From Dehalococcoidia bacterium (lineage in GTDB: Bacteria > Chloroflexota > Dehalococcoidia > Lucifugimonadales > UBA3495): 64,000 nucleotides of DNA. The position numbers were made by a program, and so were the translations under genes. Below are positions 55,075 to 63,871 of the stretch, piece by piece; position 1 is the stretch's first letter, and each line of letters starts with the position of its first letter. The stretch covers positions 1,414,646 through 1,478,645 of the forward strand of contig CBDFLG010000001.1 in assembly GCA_965249065.1 (NCBI GenBank), in the 5' to 3' direction. The notes beneath the pieces were generated by a model. The model had not been told where the DNA came from, did no database searches, and saw nothing but the letters and a program-made list of their open reading frames with translations.

Positions 55075-55641
55075 TTAGCAGGACGGCAAGCCACCGAGGT
55101 CGGACTCGCTGCTCAACCGGCGTAGCAGACGGTTTGGTACGCACCCGCTCAACTGGTTCGCGTGGAGGGTCAGCCCTATCAGGTTGGCGAGGCTGCCCAA
55201 CTCTGGCGGTATCTCCCCGCTCAACTGGTTAAAGCCGAGGTTCAGCACTGTCAGGTTGGCGAGGTTGCCTAGCTCCGGCGGTATCTCCCCGCTCAACTGG
55301 TTCCTGTTGAGTTCCAGGTCAATGACACGGCCGTGGTAGTTGGTGGTTACGCCGTGCCATTCGCCGAGTGGCGCGTCGCTCAGCCAGTTATCGCTGTAAC
55401 GCCAATTTGGGCCGTCAGTGGAGTCGTAGAGGGCAACCAGCGTTGCTCGGTCCGTTTCGGGCGAGGTCGTCGCAAGTTGGGGTGTGCCCCTGGGGGTGGG
55501 TGGAACCCTTTCTTCGGACTGGGTGCTTCCGGGCTGGCGCGTTGGGGCATCGCCCCCGTTGCAGGCGGCTAACAGGAGCGAGGCTGATAGAATCAGCGCA
55601 AGGATGGTGCAGAGCGGGACGAGTCGCGAGCATTGGGGCAT
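55075..55641 (-). CDS. lipoprotein with plant-type leucine-rich repeats
   Basis: Lipobox LLLAAC. Cap-like DRATLVALYDSTDGPNWRYSDNWLSDAPLGEWHGVTT. Three 24-residue repeats LxLxxNQLSGEIPPELGxLANL. Confidence 0.8.
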   Translation of the reverse strand: MPQCSRLVPLCTILALILSASLLLAACNGGDAPTRQPGSTQSEERVPPTPRGTPQLATTSPETDRATLVALYDSTDGPNWRYSDNWLSDAPLGEWHGVTTNYHGRVIDLELNRNQLSGEIPPELGNLANLTVLNLGFNQLSGEIPPELGSLANLIGLTLHANQLSGCVPNRLLRRLSSESDLGGLPSC

Positions 55642-55656
55642 TTTGTCACTCGCTCA

Positions 55657-55749
55657 AGGGCAATCGCGTTATACGGAAGTTTCCCTTTTGCGTCGTTCCT
55701 GCGAAAGCGGGCATGGCAGATGGCTGGCACTTATAATGCGATTGCCCTG
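55657..55749. repeat. inverted pair of the AGGGCAATCGCGTTATA motif enclosing about 59 nt, directly upstream of the LRR gene
   Basis: agggcaatcgcgttata at 55657-55673 pairs with tataatgcgattgccct at 55733-55749 (16/17). The interior contains a degenerate ttcctgc-gaaa-gcgggca hairpin. Confidence 0.75.
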
Positions 55750-55843
55750 AATCTGGGGGCTTCTCCCTAAACTATGCCGGATGGCAGGCCGGAAATAAAG
55801 CGGAATAGGGCTAGGATATGAGATTTCAGCCTTGAGAAGGCGT

Positions 55844-55956
55844 CAGGGCAATCGCGATGATGTCCAGCAGGTGATGCCGCTTCTCATCGATTCGGGGGGC
55901 CGGACATACGCAGGCTTGCCTGCCTCGCCAACTCTACCATTTATAACGCGATTGCC
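55844..55956. repeat. third inverted pair of the same motif, enclosing about 90 nt
   Basis: cagggcaatcgcg at 55844-55856 and ttataacgcgattgcc at 55941-55956. This is followed by gttctgcatcaggg (55961-55974), which also precedes the copy at 54110. Confidence 0.65.
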
Positions 55957-56062
55957 TTGCGTTCTGCATCAGGGTTTTGCAATTTTCTCTGCATTTAACC
56001 ATTCGCTAGAGGGCGGGAGGTTGTGCGATACCTTGACGCACTGGGAGAGGAGGGGCAGCCGC

Positions 56063-56974
56063 CTATTCCGGCCCTTCTTCCGGCGGCAGGGCGGGGCGAA
56101 TCAGGTATTCGTACACTGCCGCCCCCAGTGGCCCGCCTATCATCGGCCCGGCGATATAGGCCCAGAAGCCCCTGGACGGCCCGGGAATCGCCATCTCCCC
56201 CCAGCCGGCGAAGAAGGCCACCAAGCGTGGGCCGAAGTCGCGGGCCGGGTTCCAGCCTCCTTGGGTCAGAGGCGCCAGCATACTGATTATCAGGGCAACG
56301 GTCAGGCCAATAAACACCGGAGCGAGGTGCTTCACAGGCAGGCTGCTGTTTCGGCGGTCTACCAGAGCGAAAATCATCAGCACCAGAATGCCCGCCCCGA
56401 CGCCTTCGACGGCAGCGGCTCCGAGGGGCGACACCAGCGCTTGGGCCGCTTCTCCGGTCCCCGTCATTCCGGGGTTTGGGAAATACTCGCCGAACATCAT
56501 TGCGGATAGCTGGCTGCCCGGCTCGCCCCTGTCCAGGCCGTGCTGCTCCTCGAAGCGGCGGATGAAGGGCCCGTAGAGCAACAAGACCGTCAGCCCGGCC
56601 AGAACGGCCCCCAGCAACTGGGAGACCCAATAGGGAAGCAGAAAGCGCAGCGGGAAGTCTTTCGGGCGAAAGATGGCAAAGGCGAGGCTGACCGCCGGAT
56701 TAAGATGCGCCCCCGACACGGCTCCGGTCAGGTAGATGGCCAGCGCCACGCCGACTGCCCAAGCCACTGCAACCTGCCACAGCCCCACCTGCGCCCCGGC
56801 CAGCACCGCGGCGGCCACCACCGAGGTCCCGGCAAACACCATCAGCCAAGTGCCAACGACTTCCGCGATGCAACGCCCCGGCAGACCCTGCCAAAGCTGG
56901 CTGTTCCAAGAAATGAAACGACCCCTCCGGCGTTGAACCGTACCGGAAGGGCCAATGGCAGGCGGCTCAGCCAC
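56063..56974 (-). CDS. MIP-family channel (aquaporin/aquaglyceroporin)
   Basis: Two NPA boxes (HLNPAVSLAF and WNPARDFGPR). GTG start. Confidence 0.9.
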   Translation of the reverse strand: MAEPPAIGPSGTVQRRRGRFISWNSQLWQGLPGRCIAEVVGTWLMVFAGTSVVAAAVLAGAQVGLWQVAVAWAVGVALAIYLTGAVSGAHLNPAVSLAFAIFRPKDFPLRFLLPYWVSQLLGAVLAGLTVLLLYGPFIRRFEEQHGLDRGEPGSQLSAMMFGEYFPNPGMTGTGEAAQALVSPLGAAAVEGVGAGILVLMIFALVDRRNSSLPVKHLAPVFIGLTVALIISMLAPLTQGGWNPARDFGPRLVAFFAGWGEMAIPGPSRGFWAYIAGPMIGGPLGAAVYEYLIRPALPPEEGPE

Positions 56975-57174
56975 GATGAGCGCGGCATTCCCAAACTGCC
57001 GGAAATGGAGAATTGTCTTGCGGAAAGAGCGGATCCACCGGCTTCACAATCGTCACCGGCCAAGCGGTCTTGATGAGACCCGGCCCTGTCTTTCGCTGCA
57101 TAGTAAAATGCTATTCTGTTTCCGCACTCCAAATCAAGACCATTTCGGGGATATTCCTGCTCTGGAGAAAAACT

Positions 57175-58605
57175 TCACTGTCCAACCGGCAGGCGGATAG
57201 TGAACCGGCTGCCCTGACTCAGGACACTGTCGGCTTCGATGGTCCCGCCATGGGCCTCGATCAGCCTTCGGGCTATGGTCAGCCCCAGCCCGGTGCCGCC
57301 GGTGCCGCGCGAGCGGGAGGGGTCGGCGCGATAGAAGCGGTCGAACAGGCGCGGCAGGTCTTCGGGCGCAATACCCGGCCCGGTATCGGCGACTTCGATC
57401 GCAACCCAGCCTGGCTCCGCCCAGGCTGAAACGGAGACCTCCCCGCCCTCCGGGGTGTGGGTGATGGCGTTTTCCAGCAGGTTGCCGATTACCTGCGCGA
57501 CGCGGATTGCGTCCAAATCCGGCACTGGAAGGGACGGATCCACTTCAAGGCTCAGGGACACACCCTTGGCATCGGCGCGGGGACGCACCGCCTCCATGCT
57601 GGATTGCAACAACCCTTCCAGCGGAGCCGGGCTCAATTGCAGTTGTAGCGCCCCGGCCTCCACTTGAGCCAGCAGCCGCAGGTCTTCTACCAGCCGCGAC
57701 AGATGAAGCGCTTGCCCGTGGATGGTGTCTATGGTTTCGGGCGTGGGCTGTACCAGGCCGTCCTTGATGGCCTCCAGATAGCCCTGGATGTTGGACAGCG
57801 GCGTCCTCAGTTCGTGGGCGATGTCGGCGGTGAGGTTGCGGCGGTGGTGTTCCGCTTCCTCCAGTTCGGATGCCATTGCATTGAAACTGAGGGCCAGTTG
57901 GCGTATTTCCGTCGGCCCGCCGGTCTCGGCCCGTTCCGACAGGTCCCCCCGGCCCAGCCGCCGGGCCGTTGCGCCTAGGCTTTGCAGCGGGGTGAGCGCC
58001 CGCCGCGACAGCAGCCACACCAGCAGGATTCCCGCGAGCGCCGCGCCGATGCCGGACCAAAGCAGCGAACGGTTGACCACCTCCGAAATGCGGGATGCTT
58101 CCGGGTCGGCCAAGGCCGGAGGTTGGGACTCCGGCCCATCGGCGCGTGTGCCGTAGACAGTGAAGGCGCCTACCTGCTCCCCGTTCAGCAGTACCGGAAA
58201 TCTCGTAATTCTGTGGCCCCGCTCCGGCCGGTCATTGTGGTCCTCGCCGTTGGGCGGGGGCGGAAGGAAAGCGTGAGAATCGGCGACCAGAGCGCCTTTT
58301 TCGTCGTAGACCTTGATGCGCTGGCCGGAAACGGGGCCAGCGCGCTCCAGGATTTCTTGCAGTGCGGCCCTGCTCTCTCTCCAGTCTCGCCGCCTGTCGT
58401 AGTATTCGGAAATGAACTGCCGCACCCGGGCCACCTGCGCGGAGTCCTGGTCCCTTTCGAACTGATCGGTCTGTTGGCCGGTAACCACCCAGATGGCGAG
58501 ACTTGTCAAGGCCAGCGCTAATGCCAAGGCCAGCGTAAACCCCAATGCCAGCCGGAACTGTAAGCTGGAGAAAAGCCCGGAGCGTAAATCAGGCATCGCC
58601 CTCAC
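57175..58605 (-). CDS. sensor histidine kinase (two TM, HAMP, HisKA, HATPase_c)
   Basis: H box ADIAHELRTPL, N box NLLENAITHTP, G boxes DTGPGI and GTGLGLTIA. An alternative ATG start is at 58596. Confidence 0.9.
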   Translation of the reverse strand: MRAMPDLRSGLFSSLQFRLALGFTLALALALALTSLAIWVVTGQQTDQFERDQDSAQVARVRQFISEYYDRRRDWRESRAALQEILERAGPVSGQRIKVYDEKGALVADSHAFLPPPPNGEDHNDRPERGHRITRFPVLLNGEQVGAFTVYGTRADGPESQPPALADPEASRISEVVNRSLLWSGIGAALAGILLVWLLSRRALTPLQSLGATARRLGRGDLSERAETGGPTEIRQLALSFNAMASELEEAEHHRRNLTADIAHELRTPLSNIQGYLEAIKDGLVQPTPETIDTIHGQALHLSRLVEDLRLLAQVEAGALQLQLSPAPLEGLLQSSMEAVRPRADAKGVSLSLEVDPSLPVPDLDAIRVAQVIGNLLENAITHTPEGGEVSVSAWAEPGWVAIEVADTGPGIAPEDLPRLFDRFYRADPSRSRGTGGTGLGLTIARRLIEAHGGTIEADSVLSQGSRFTIRLPVGQ

Positions 58606-58617
58606 CTAGGCCATTTT

Positions 58618-59367
58618 TCACCCAGGCCCTTTCCCGGAAGGGGAGGGCGCTTCAAGGGCGTGATTCAGGCGGTAGCCGCTGCCGTATACCGTCTGGATGA
58701 GTTTCGCGCTGCCGCCCGGCGCGGCGGCCAGCTTGCGCCGCAGGCTGGAAACATGAGCGTCCACGGTACGGTCAAACCCGTCGAAATCGCCGCCCAGCGC
58801 CCTGTCGATGATTTCGTCGCGGGTGAACGTACGCCCTGGCTGGCCCATCAGGAGGGCCAGCAGCCGGAATTCCGTTGGTGTCAGCCGTACCTCGCTGCCG
58901 TTCACCGCGACCCGCCGGGCCCGCCGGTCCAGCTCGACTGGCCCAGCGGACAGCGCCGCGGGCTCGTCGGCGTTGTTGTCGCGGGCGGCGCGGCGCAACA
59001 CGGCCCGAACTCTCGCCGCCAGTTCGCGGGGGCTGAAAGGCTTGGTAACGTAGTCGTCGGCTCCCAGGTCCAGGCCGGCCAGCCGGTCTTCCTCTTCGAC
59101 CCTCGCCGTCAGCATGATGATGGGCACTGACGATTCCTGCCTAAGTGCCCGGCAAACGTCCAGACCGTTGAGGCGGGGCAGCATAACGTCCAGCACTACC
59201 AGGCTGGGCTGTTCTTCCCGCGCCAAGGCCAGCCCTTGGGCGCCGTCGCTGGCGGAGATCACCCGGCAGCCGTCGCGCTCCAGGTAGAGGCGCGCCAGCG
59301 CCACCACGTTGGGATCATCTTCGACGACCAGTACCGTCGGTTCGGTTTCGCGGTAGTCAATGTTCAT
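58618..59367 (-). CDS. OmpR-family response regulator
   Basis: Start at ATG 59367. Receiver domain VLVVEDDPNV...LVVLDVMLP, and a winged-helix C terminus ending VYGSGYRL. Confidence 0.9.
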   Translation of the reverse strand: MNIDYRETEPTVLVVEDDPNVVALARLYLERDGCRVISASDGAQGLALAREEQPSLVVLDVMLPRLNGLDVCRALRQESSVPIIMLTARVEEEDRLAGLDLGADDYVTKPFSPRELAARVRAVLRRAARDNNADEPAALSAGPVELDRRARRVAVNGSEVRLTPTEFRLLALLMGQPGRTFTRDEIIDRALGGDFDGFDRTVDAHVSSLRRKLAAAPGGSAKLIQTVYGSGYRLNHALEAPSPSGKGPG

Positions 59368-59473
59368 TGCGGTTCCTGCCGGAGAGCGTCCGGCGGTGAC
59401 GGATAATGAGGCGCGGGCAGGCAATTTGCCCGCCCTGCGCCCAACTGGGTAATACATGGCCCGCTAAACTGGC

Positions 59474-60283
59474 CTAGTACGAAAGGGCTTCTACGCCGCT
59501 GGACTCTGCGCCGGACTCCGTGGGAGCGAAGTCGCTGTCATGGCCCTTTGGCCCGTGGTCCCGGAATCCCTTGCCGTCGTGTCGCCCGTGGTGGCCGCCG
59601 CGCCCTTCGAATCGGCTCCAGTCGCCCGACCCGATTTTCTCCCGGATTACGGCAGCTTCTTCCTCGGTGATTTTGCCGCTGTCGATGGCTGCTTGCAGTT
59701 TGCTTTCCAGCGCCTCGGCGCGAATGTCGGCCATAGCCTGCTCGATGGCGTCGGCTACGTCATCTCCCTCGACCTCCAGGATTGAGCCGACCCGGTTGGC
59801 GAATTCTTGGGCGCCATCGCCGCCCTTGAACCCGACGCCTTTGCCGTGCCAGCCGCCGGACGCGGCCTTGTCTCGGATTTCCTGAGCTTCTTCCTCGGTG
59901 ATGTAGCCGTTGTCTATGGCAGCTTGCAGCTTGCTTTCCAGCGCCTCGCTGCGCATTTCGCCCGCTGCCTGCGTGATGGCATCGGCGGTAGCCTGCGTCT
60001 CGGTTCCCAGCGTTTCGGCGACGCGGCCGGCGAAGTCTTGCAGTATGGCTTCCTGCGCTTCATCGCGCACTTCCTGTTGGGCCTGCGCGATGGCGTTGGC
60101 GGTGGTCTGCTCGTCGGTGCCCAGGATTCCCGCAACCTTGGCTGCCACTGCCGCCTGCCGTTCCTCGCTGTTGCCGCGGCCCCAACCGTGACCGCCGCCG
60201 CCCCAGGCCAGCGCGACGCCGCCGGTGATGGCCGCGGCCAGCAACCCGACGGCCAGACCGATTAGTATCCACTTCCTCTTCAT
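59474..60283 (-). CDS. exported or membrane-anchored protein with internal helical repeats (DUF2680-like motif G-x-IT-EEEA)
   Basis: Signal/anchor MKRKWILIGLAVGLLAAAITGG. Three copies of the A-x-RV-x-x-LG...DAI-x-QA...R-x-EA pattern, two copies of ALESKLQAAIDxGxITEEEAxxIRxK, and a His/Gly-rich tail. Confidence 0.7.
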   Translation of the reverse strand: MKRKWILIGLAVGLLAAAITGGVALAWGGGGHGWGRGNSEERQAAVAAKVAGILGTDEQTTANAIAQAQQEVRDEAQEAILQDFAGRVAETLGTETQATADAITQAAGEMRSEALESKLQAAIDNGYITEEEAQEIRDKAASGGWHGKGVGFKGGDGAQEFANRVGSILEVEGDDVADAIEQAMADIRAEALESKLQAAIDSGKITEEEAAVIREKIGSGDWSRFEGRGGHHGRHDGKGFRDHGPKGHDSDFAPTESGAESSGVEALSY

Positions 60284-60446
60284 GCCCAGTTGCTCCTTGT
60301 TTCTCCAAACTCGCCGGGCCGTACCGCCCTGCTGTAGTAACCAATTTAGCGGCCGACTTTTAAGAAACTTTGAAGGAAACCCGCACTTTCCGGGTTTCCT
60401 CCAAATTCAGCAAGCAAGGCCGGCCGGCACGGGAACGGAACACGCC

Positions 60447-61898
60447 CTAGAACGCCGGGCGGTTGAGAGCCGACTGATCGATCTTGCGGAGGATGAGACG
60501 CCCGTCGTCGGGGCCGCCAATGAGTTCGCCACCGTCCACCATCACCTTGCCGCGCAGTATGACGGTGGTGGGCCAGCCCGTGACTTCCCAGCCCTCCCAC
60601 GGGCTGTAGTCGCGGACGTGCAGGTCGGAAATGGCGAGGGCCTTCTTCACCGACGGGTCAATGATGGCGAAATCAGCGTCGCTGCCCACGGCTATGACCC
60701 CCTTGCGCGGGTAGAGGCCCAGCAGCTTGGCGGCATTGGTGGAAGTCACGTCAACGTAACGCTCCAGCGACATTCCACGCTTGACCACTGCCTCGGAATA
60801 GTTCACGCCCATGCGGATTTCGATGCCCACGTTGCCGCCGCGAATGTCGCGCACGTTGGTTCCGGCTATCTTGTCCAGATAGGTAGTAAAGCTGCTGTCG
60901 GTGGCGGTGAAGGACAGGTCGCCCTTCATGATGCCGTCCCATAGGGCGGTGCGGTCTTCATCGAACTTCAGCGACGGGTAGGTGTGATACTTCATCCCGT
61001 CGGATTCTTTGTACTGCTCCGCCTCGAAGGACAAGGCCAGGGTCAGCACCTCGCCATAAACCGGCATACCGGCGGCGCGGGCCTCGGAAATCACGTCCGC
61101 CCCGTCTTTGGCGGTGACGTGGACGAAGTACATACCGACGCCGGTGCGCTGGGCCAGCCGCACCACGTGGCGAAAGGCCAGGTCTTCCACGGTCTTGGAG
61201 TGAATCAGGTGGACGTTGTACCAGTCCCACAGGCCGCGCTGCTGGGCCAGCAGGTAGTTGTACATCACCAGCTCGTCGTCCTCGCCGTGGACGGCCAGCA
61301 CGCCGCCGTGACGCCCAATCTGCTCCATCAGGTCGCCCAGCCGCCCGGTGTCAATCCTGCCGAGGGGGGTCAGGCTGGTACCCTCGGCCCCGGGCGGGCG
61401 GATATTGGTGGTGAAAATCTTGACGCTGGGGAAACCGGCTTCCACCAGTTCGTGGAAGCGGGCGATGGAGTCGGGGGTGTTGGTGTTGCGGTAGATGCAA
61501 TGCGTGGTGTAGTCGGTGTAGGCGGCGCCCTGCCAGACGTTCATAAAGTCGTGGATGCCAGCGGCCAGGTCTCCTTCGTTGGGCACCGGCGCAAAGTCAA
61601 CTATCGTGGTGGTGCCGCCCCAGATTGCGCCCAGCGAATGCACCGACGGCCCAGCGTTAGGAGTGCCCGGCACGGTCTCGCCGGCGCCGGGCTGCACGTT
61701 GGCCGCGGCGTGGGCGTGGGCCTCCACCCCGCCGGGCACGACGATTTTGCCCGAGGCGTCAATCACTGCGGCCCCGTCTTCCTGAAGGATTCCGGGCAGG
61801 GCCACCGCGACAATGCGCTCGCCTTCCACCCCCACGTCCCAATTCCCGACGCCCGACGGGGTAACGACCTGTCCGCCCTTGATTATCATATCCAGCAT
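60447..61898 (-). CDS. cyclic amidohydrolase (dihydropyrimidinase/hydantoinase-like)
   Basis: MLDMIIKGGQVV...VVPGGVEAHAHAA metal-binding start, 483 aa. AAGGAG SD. Confidence 0.8.
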   Translation of the reverse strand: MLDMIIKGGQVVTPSGVGNWDVGVEGERIVAVALPGILQEDGAAVIDASGKIVVPGGVEAHAHAAANVQPGAGETVPGTPNAGPSVHSLGAIWGGTTTIVDFAPVPNEGDLAAGIHDFMNVWQGAAYTDYTTHCIYRNTNTPDSIARFHELVEAGFPSVKIFTTNIRPPGAEGTSLTPLGRIDTGRLGDLMEQIGRHGGVLAVHGEDDELVMYNYLLAQQRGLWDWYNVHLIHSKTVEDLAFRHVVRLAQRTGVGMYFVHVTAKDGADVISEARAAGMPVYGEVLTLALSFEAEQYKESDGMKYHTYPSLKFDEDRTALWDGIMKGDLSFTATDSSFTTYLDKIAGTNVRDIRGGNVGIEIRMGVNYSEAVVKRGMSLERYVDVTSTNAAKLLGLYPRKGVIAVGSDADFAIIDPSVKKALAISDLHVRDYSPWEGWEVTGWPTTVILRGKVMVDGGELIGGPDDGRLILRKIDQSALNRPAF

Positions 61899-61922
61899 CG
61901 TTCCGGCTCCTTAACTGGTTGT

Positions 61923-62285
61923 TTAAGTGAGAGGATCCAACAATTCGAGTCCGCCAATCCAGCGAAAATCCTGGACGTTATGCGTTACCAGTGTGAGATT
62001 ATGCGCCATTGCCGTGGCCGCGATAATCGCATCTCCCAGCCCCATGCGACGCTGTTGGCGCAAGGTGACGGCCTGTTCAGCGATCGCCTGCGACAGAGGC
62101 AGGATTTCGGCAGTTTGAAAAAAATGCTCCAATAATTGTCGCTCGACCACGGTAAGCCCGTGATACCCCAAGGACTCAATGTAGCTGACAATTGACGTGG
62201 ACCTATGAATGCCGTCAATAAAATTGAGGAGTTCTGCATCATGTTGTTGCGAGACGTAGATGATTATGTTGCTGTCAACCAACAT
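61923..62285 (-). CDS. vapC: PIN-domain toxin (VapC-like)
   Basis: MLVDSNIIIY motif. Overlaps the 3' end of the upstream antitoxin gene. An alternative GTG start is at 62294. Confidence 0.8.
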   Translation of the reverse strand: MLVDSNIIIYVSQQHDAELLNFIDGIHRSTSIVSYIESLGYHGLTVVERQLLEHFFQTAEILPLSQAIAEQAVTLRQQRRMGLGDAIIAATAMAHNLTLVTHNVQDFRWIGGLELLDPLT

Positions 62286-62658
62286 CGTAGTCACGGAACG
62301 GCATTGGCCGGTCTTTGCGCTGTTCCCGTTGCCAGGCTACAGGGTCTTCAATTTCGGCAAAGGCGCCCAAGTCTGCCAAGATTTCCAGCATGGCTGTCCC
62401 TATCGCCCCCTTGTTTTCGGGATAATTCGGTTTGGCTTTGTCCAAAATTACGACGTATGTTTGCACAGGACCATCAAGTTCAGGGGCGTCGTCCAGCCAT
62501 TTCACGTGGTCATTAAGTAACACCGACCTCCTTTGGAGGTGAATCGGTTTCTCCATTTCGAGGGGGATGTATACCGGCAACGGCCCATCGGCTTCGGGGG
62601 CGCCGTCGAGCCACTCCACGCGGTCGCCGTGCAGGACTGCCTTGTATGCGCGTCTCAT
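62275..62658 (-). CDS. antitoxin with duplicated AF2212/DUF104-like N-terminal motif
   Basis: ORF trimmed to ATG 62658. AVLHGDRVEWLDGAPEADGPLPVYI and VLLNDHVKWLDDAPELDGPVQTYVVI are internal repeats. The C terminus DPVAWQREQRKDRPMPFRD is typical of PIN-partner antitoxins. Confidence 0.6.
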   Translation of the reverse strand: MRRAYKAVLHGDRVEWLDGAPEADGPLPVYIPLEMEKPIHLQRRSVLLNDHVKWLDDAPELDGPVQTYVVILDKAKPNYPENKGAIGTAMLEILADLGAFAEIEDPVAWQREQRKDRPMPFRDYDVG

Positions 62659-62725
62659 AGCGCCACCCTTTATTCGATGGGTTGATTTCGCTTTTCGGGC
62701 ATTGCCACTTGTGGTGCTTTGACTG

Positions 62726-63871
62726 TCAGGCGATGGGTTGAGCCACTTTGGCTGGGTCGAAACCGTAGAGGGCCGCCGCTGCTCCGGCGACGATGCTTGC
62801 CTGCTCGTCGACGGGGACACCGTCAAGTATATCGCTCAATACCTCGCGGGAACGGGGGAAGGTGGACTCCGAGTGGGGGTAGTCGCTGCCCCACATCAGG
62901 CGATCAACGCCGATGATGTCGCGCAGGCGGATGCCGACCGCGTCTTCCTGAAAGCTGAGATAGACGTTCTTGTGGAAAAAATCACTGGGGCGAGCATCAC
63001 CCTTGAAGCGATAAAACGCTTCTTCCTGCCGCTCGATGTAGGTGTAGTCCATGGAATCCAGCAGGTAGGGAACCCAGGAAAGCTCGAACTCCACGATGGC
63101 CAGCTTCAGCTTGGGGTATCGCTCGAACACGCCGGAGAAGATGATGTCGCATACGGAGGTTGCCGGATAGAAGACTTTGGTGGCCCGTCCGCTGGCGTCG
63201 CGCACCGAAGTTGCGCCGGCGCCCCGGCTGCGCCCCTCGCGTCTGGTGGCGGTGTGCAGGCTGACCGGCAGGTCCAGCCCCTGCGCCGCGGCCCAGAAGG
63301 GTTCGTACTCTGGGCTGTCGTAGCGGCGATGCTCCTGCGGGTATTCGGTTATCATCGCCGCCGCCATGCCCAGGCGGGCGCATCGTTCCAGCTCGGAAAT
63401 ACCCTCCGCCACGTCGTCCAGGTTAATCATCGCCACGCCCTTGAGCCGGTCGGGGTCGGCGGCGCAGAACTCCGCCAGCCAGTCGTTGTAGGCGCGGAAG
63501 ATGGCCGACATCAGGCGCGAGTCGGCGACCTTGAAATAAAACAGTCCCTGCGAAGGATAGAGCAGCTCGCCGGAAACGCCGTCGATTTTCATGTCCCGTA
63601 TGTGTTGCGCGGGGTCGTATCCGCCGGCATGGACGTCCTCGAAGCGGCCGTGAGCGGAAATCTGTTCCGGGTTCTCGAAGCGGGCGCCGGCGTTGGAGAT
63701 GAGGCCGATGCCGGCGATCATCTGGTCCTTTTCCACCACCAAATGATCCACCTCGCCCACTCGCTGCATCCGTGGGGCGCGCTCTCGGAACTCGGCGTCG
63801 ATGCGCTCAGTCCACAGGTCGGGCGGCTCGAACACATGGGAATCGGATGAGATGACGAGAAGGTCGTCCAT
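62726..63871 (-). CDS. amidohydrolase_2 family metal-dependent hydrolase/decarboxylase (ACMSD-like)
   Basis: Start at ATG 63871 (MDDLLVISSDSHVFEPPDLW). Late WGSDYPHSE motif. Confidence 0.8.
   Translation of the reverse strand: MDDLLVISSDSHVFEPPDLWTERIDAEFRERAPRMQRVGEVDHLVVEKDQMIAGIGLISNAGARFENPEQISAHGRFEDVHAGGYDPAQHIRDMKIDGVSGELLYPSQGLFYFKVADSRLMSAIFRAYNDWLAEFCAADPDRLKGVAMINLDDVAEGISELERCARLGMAAAMITEYPQEHRRYDSPEYEPFWAAAQGLDLPVSLHTATRREGRSRGAGATSVRDASGRATKVFYPATSVCDIIFSGVFERYPKLKLAIVEFELSWVPYLLDSMDYTYIERQEEAFYRFKGDARPSDFFHKNVYLSFQEDAVGIRLRDIIGVDRLMWGSDYPHSESTFPRSREVLSDILDGVPVDEQASIVAGAAAALYGFDPAKVAQPIA

Noticed and set aside
54100-55975. The inverted CAGGGCAATCGCGTTATAA copies as attC sites of an integron cassette array.
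   Set aside because: Read as R''-L''...L'-R' units, the candidate attC sites would be 45 nt, 130 nt and 1.3 kb long, and the cassettes between them only 60-200 nt with no ORF. The GTT-containing ends do not fit GTTRRRY well. No intI gene is present.
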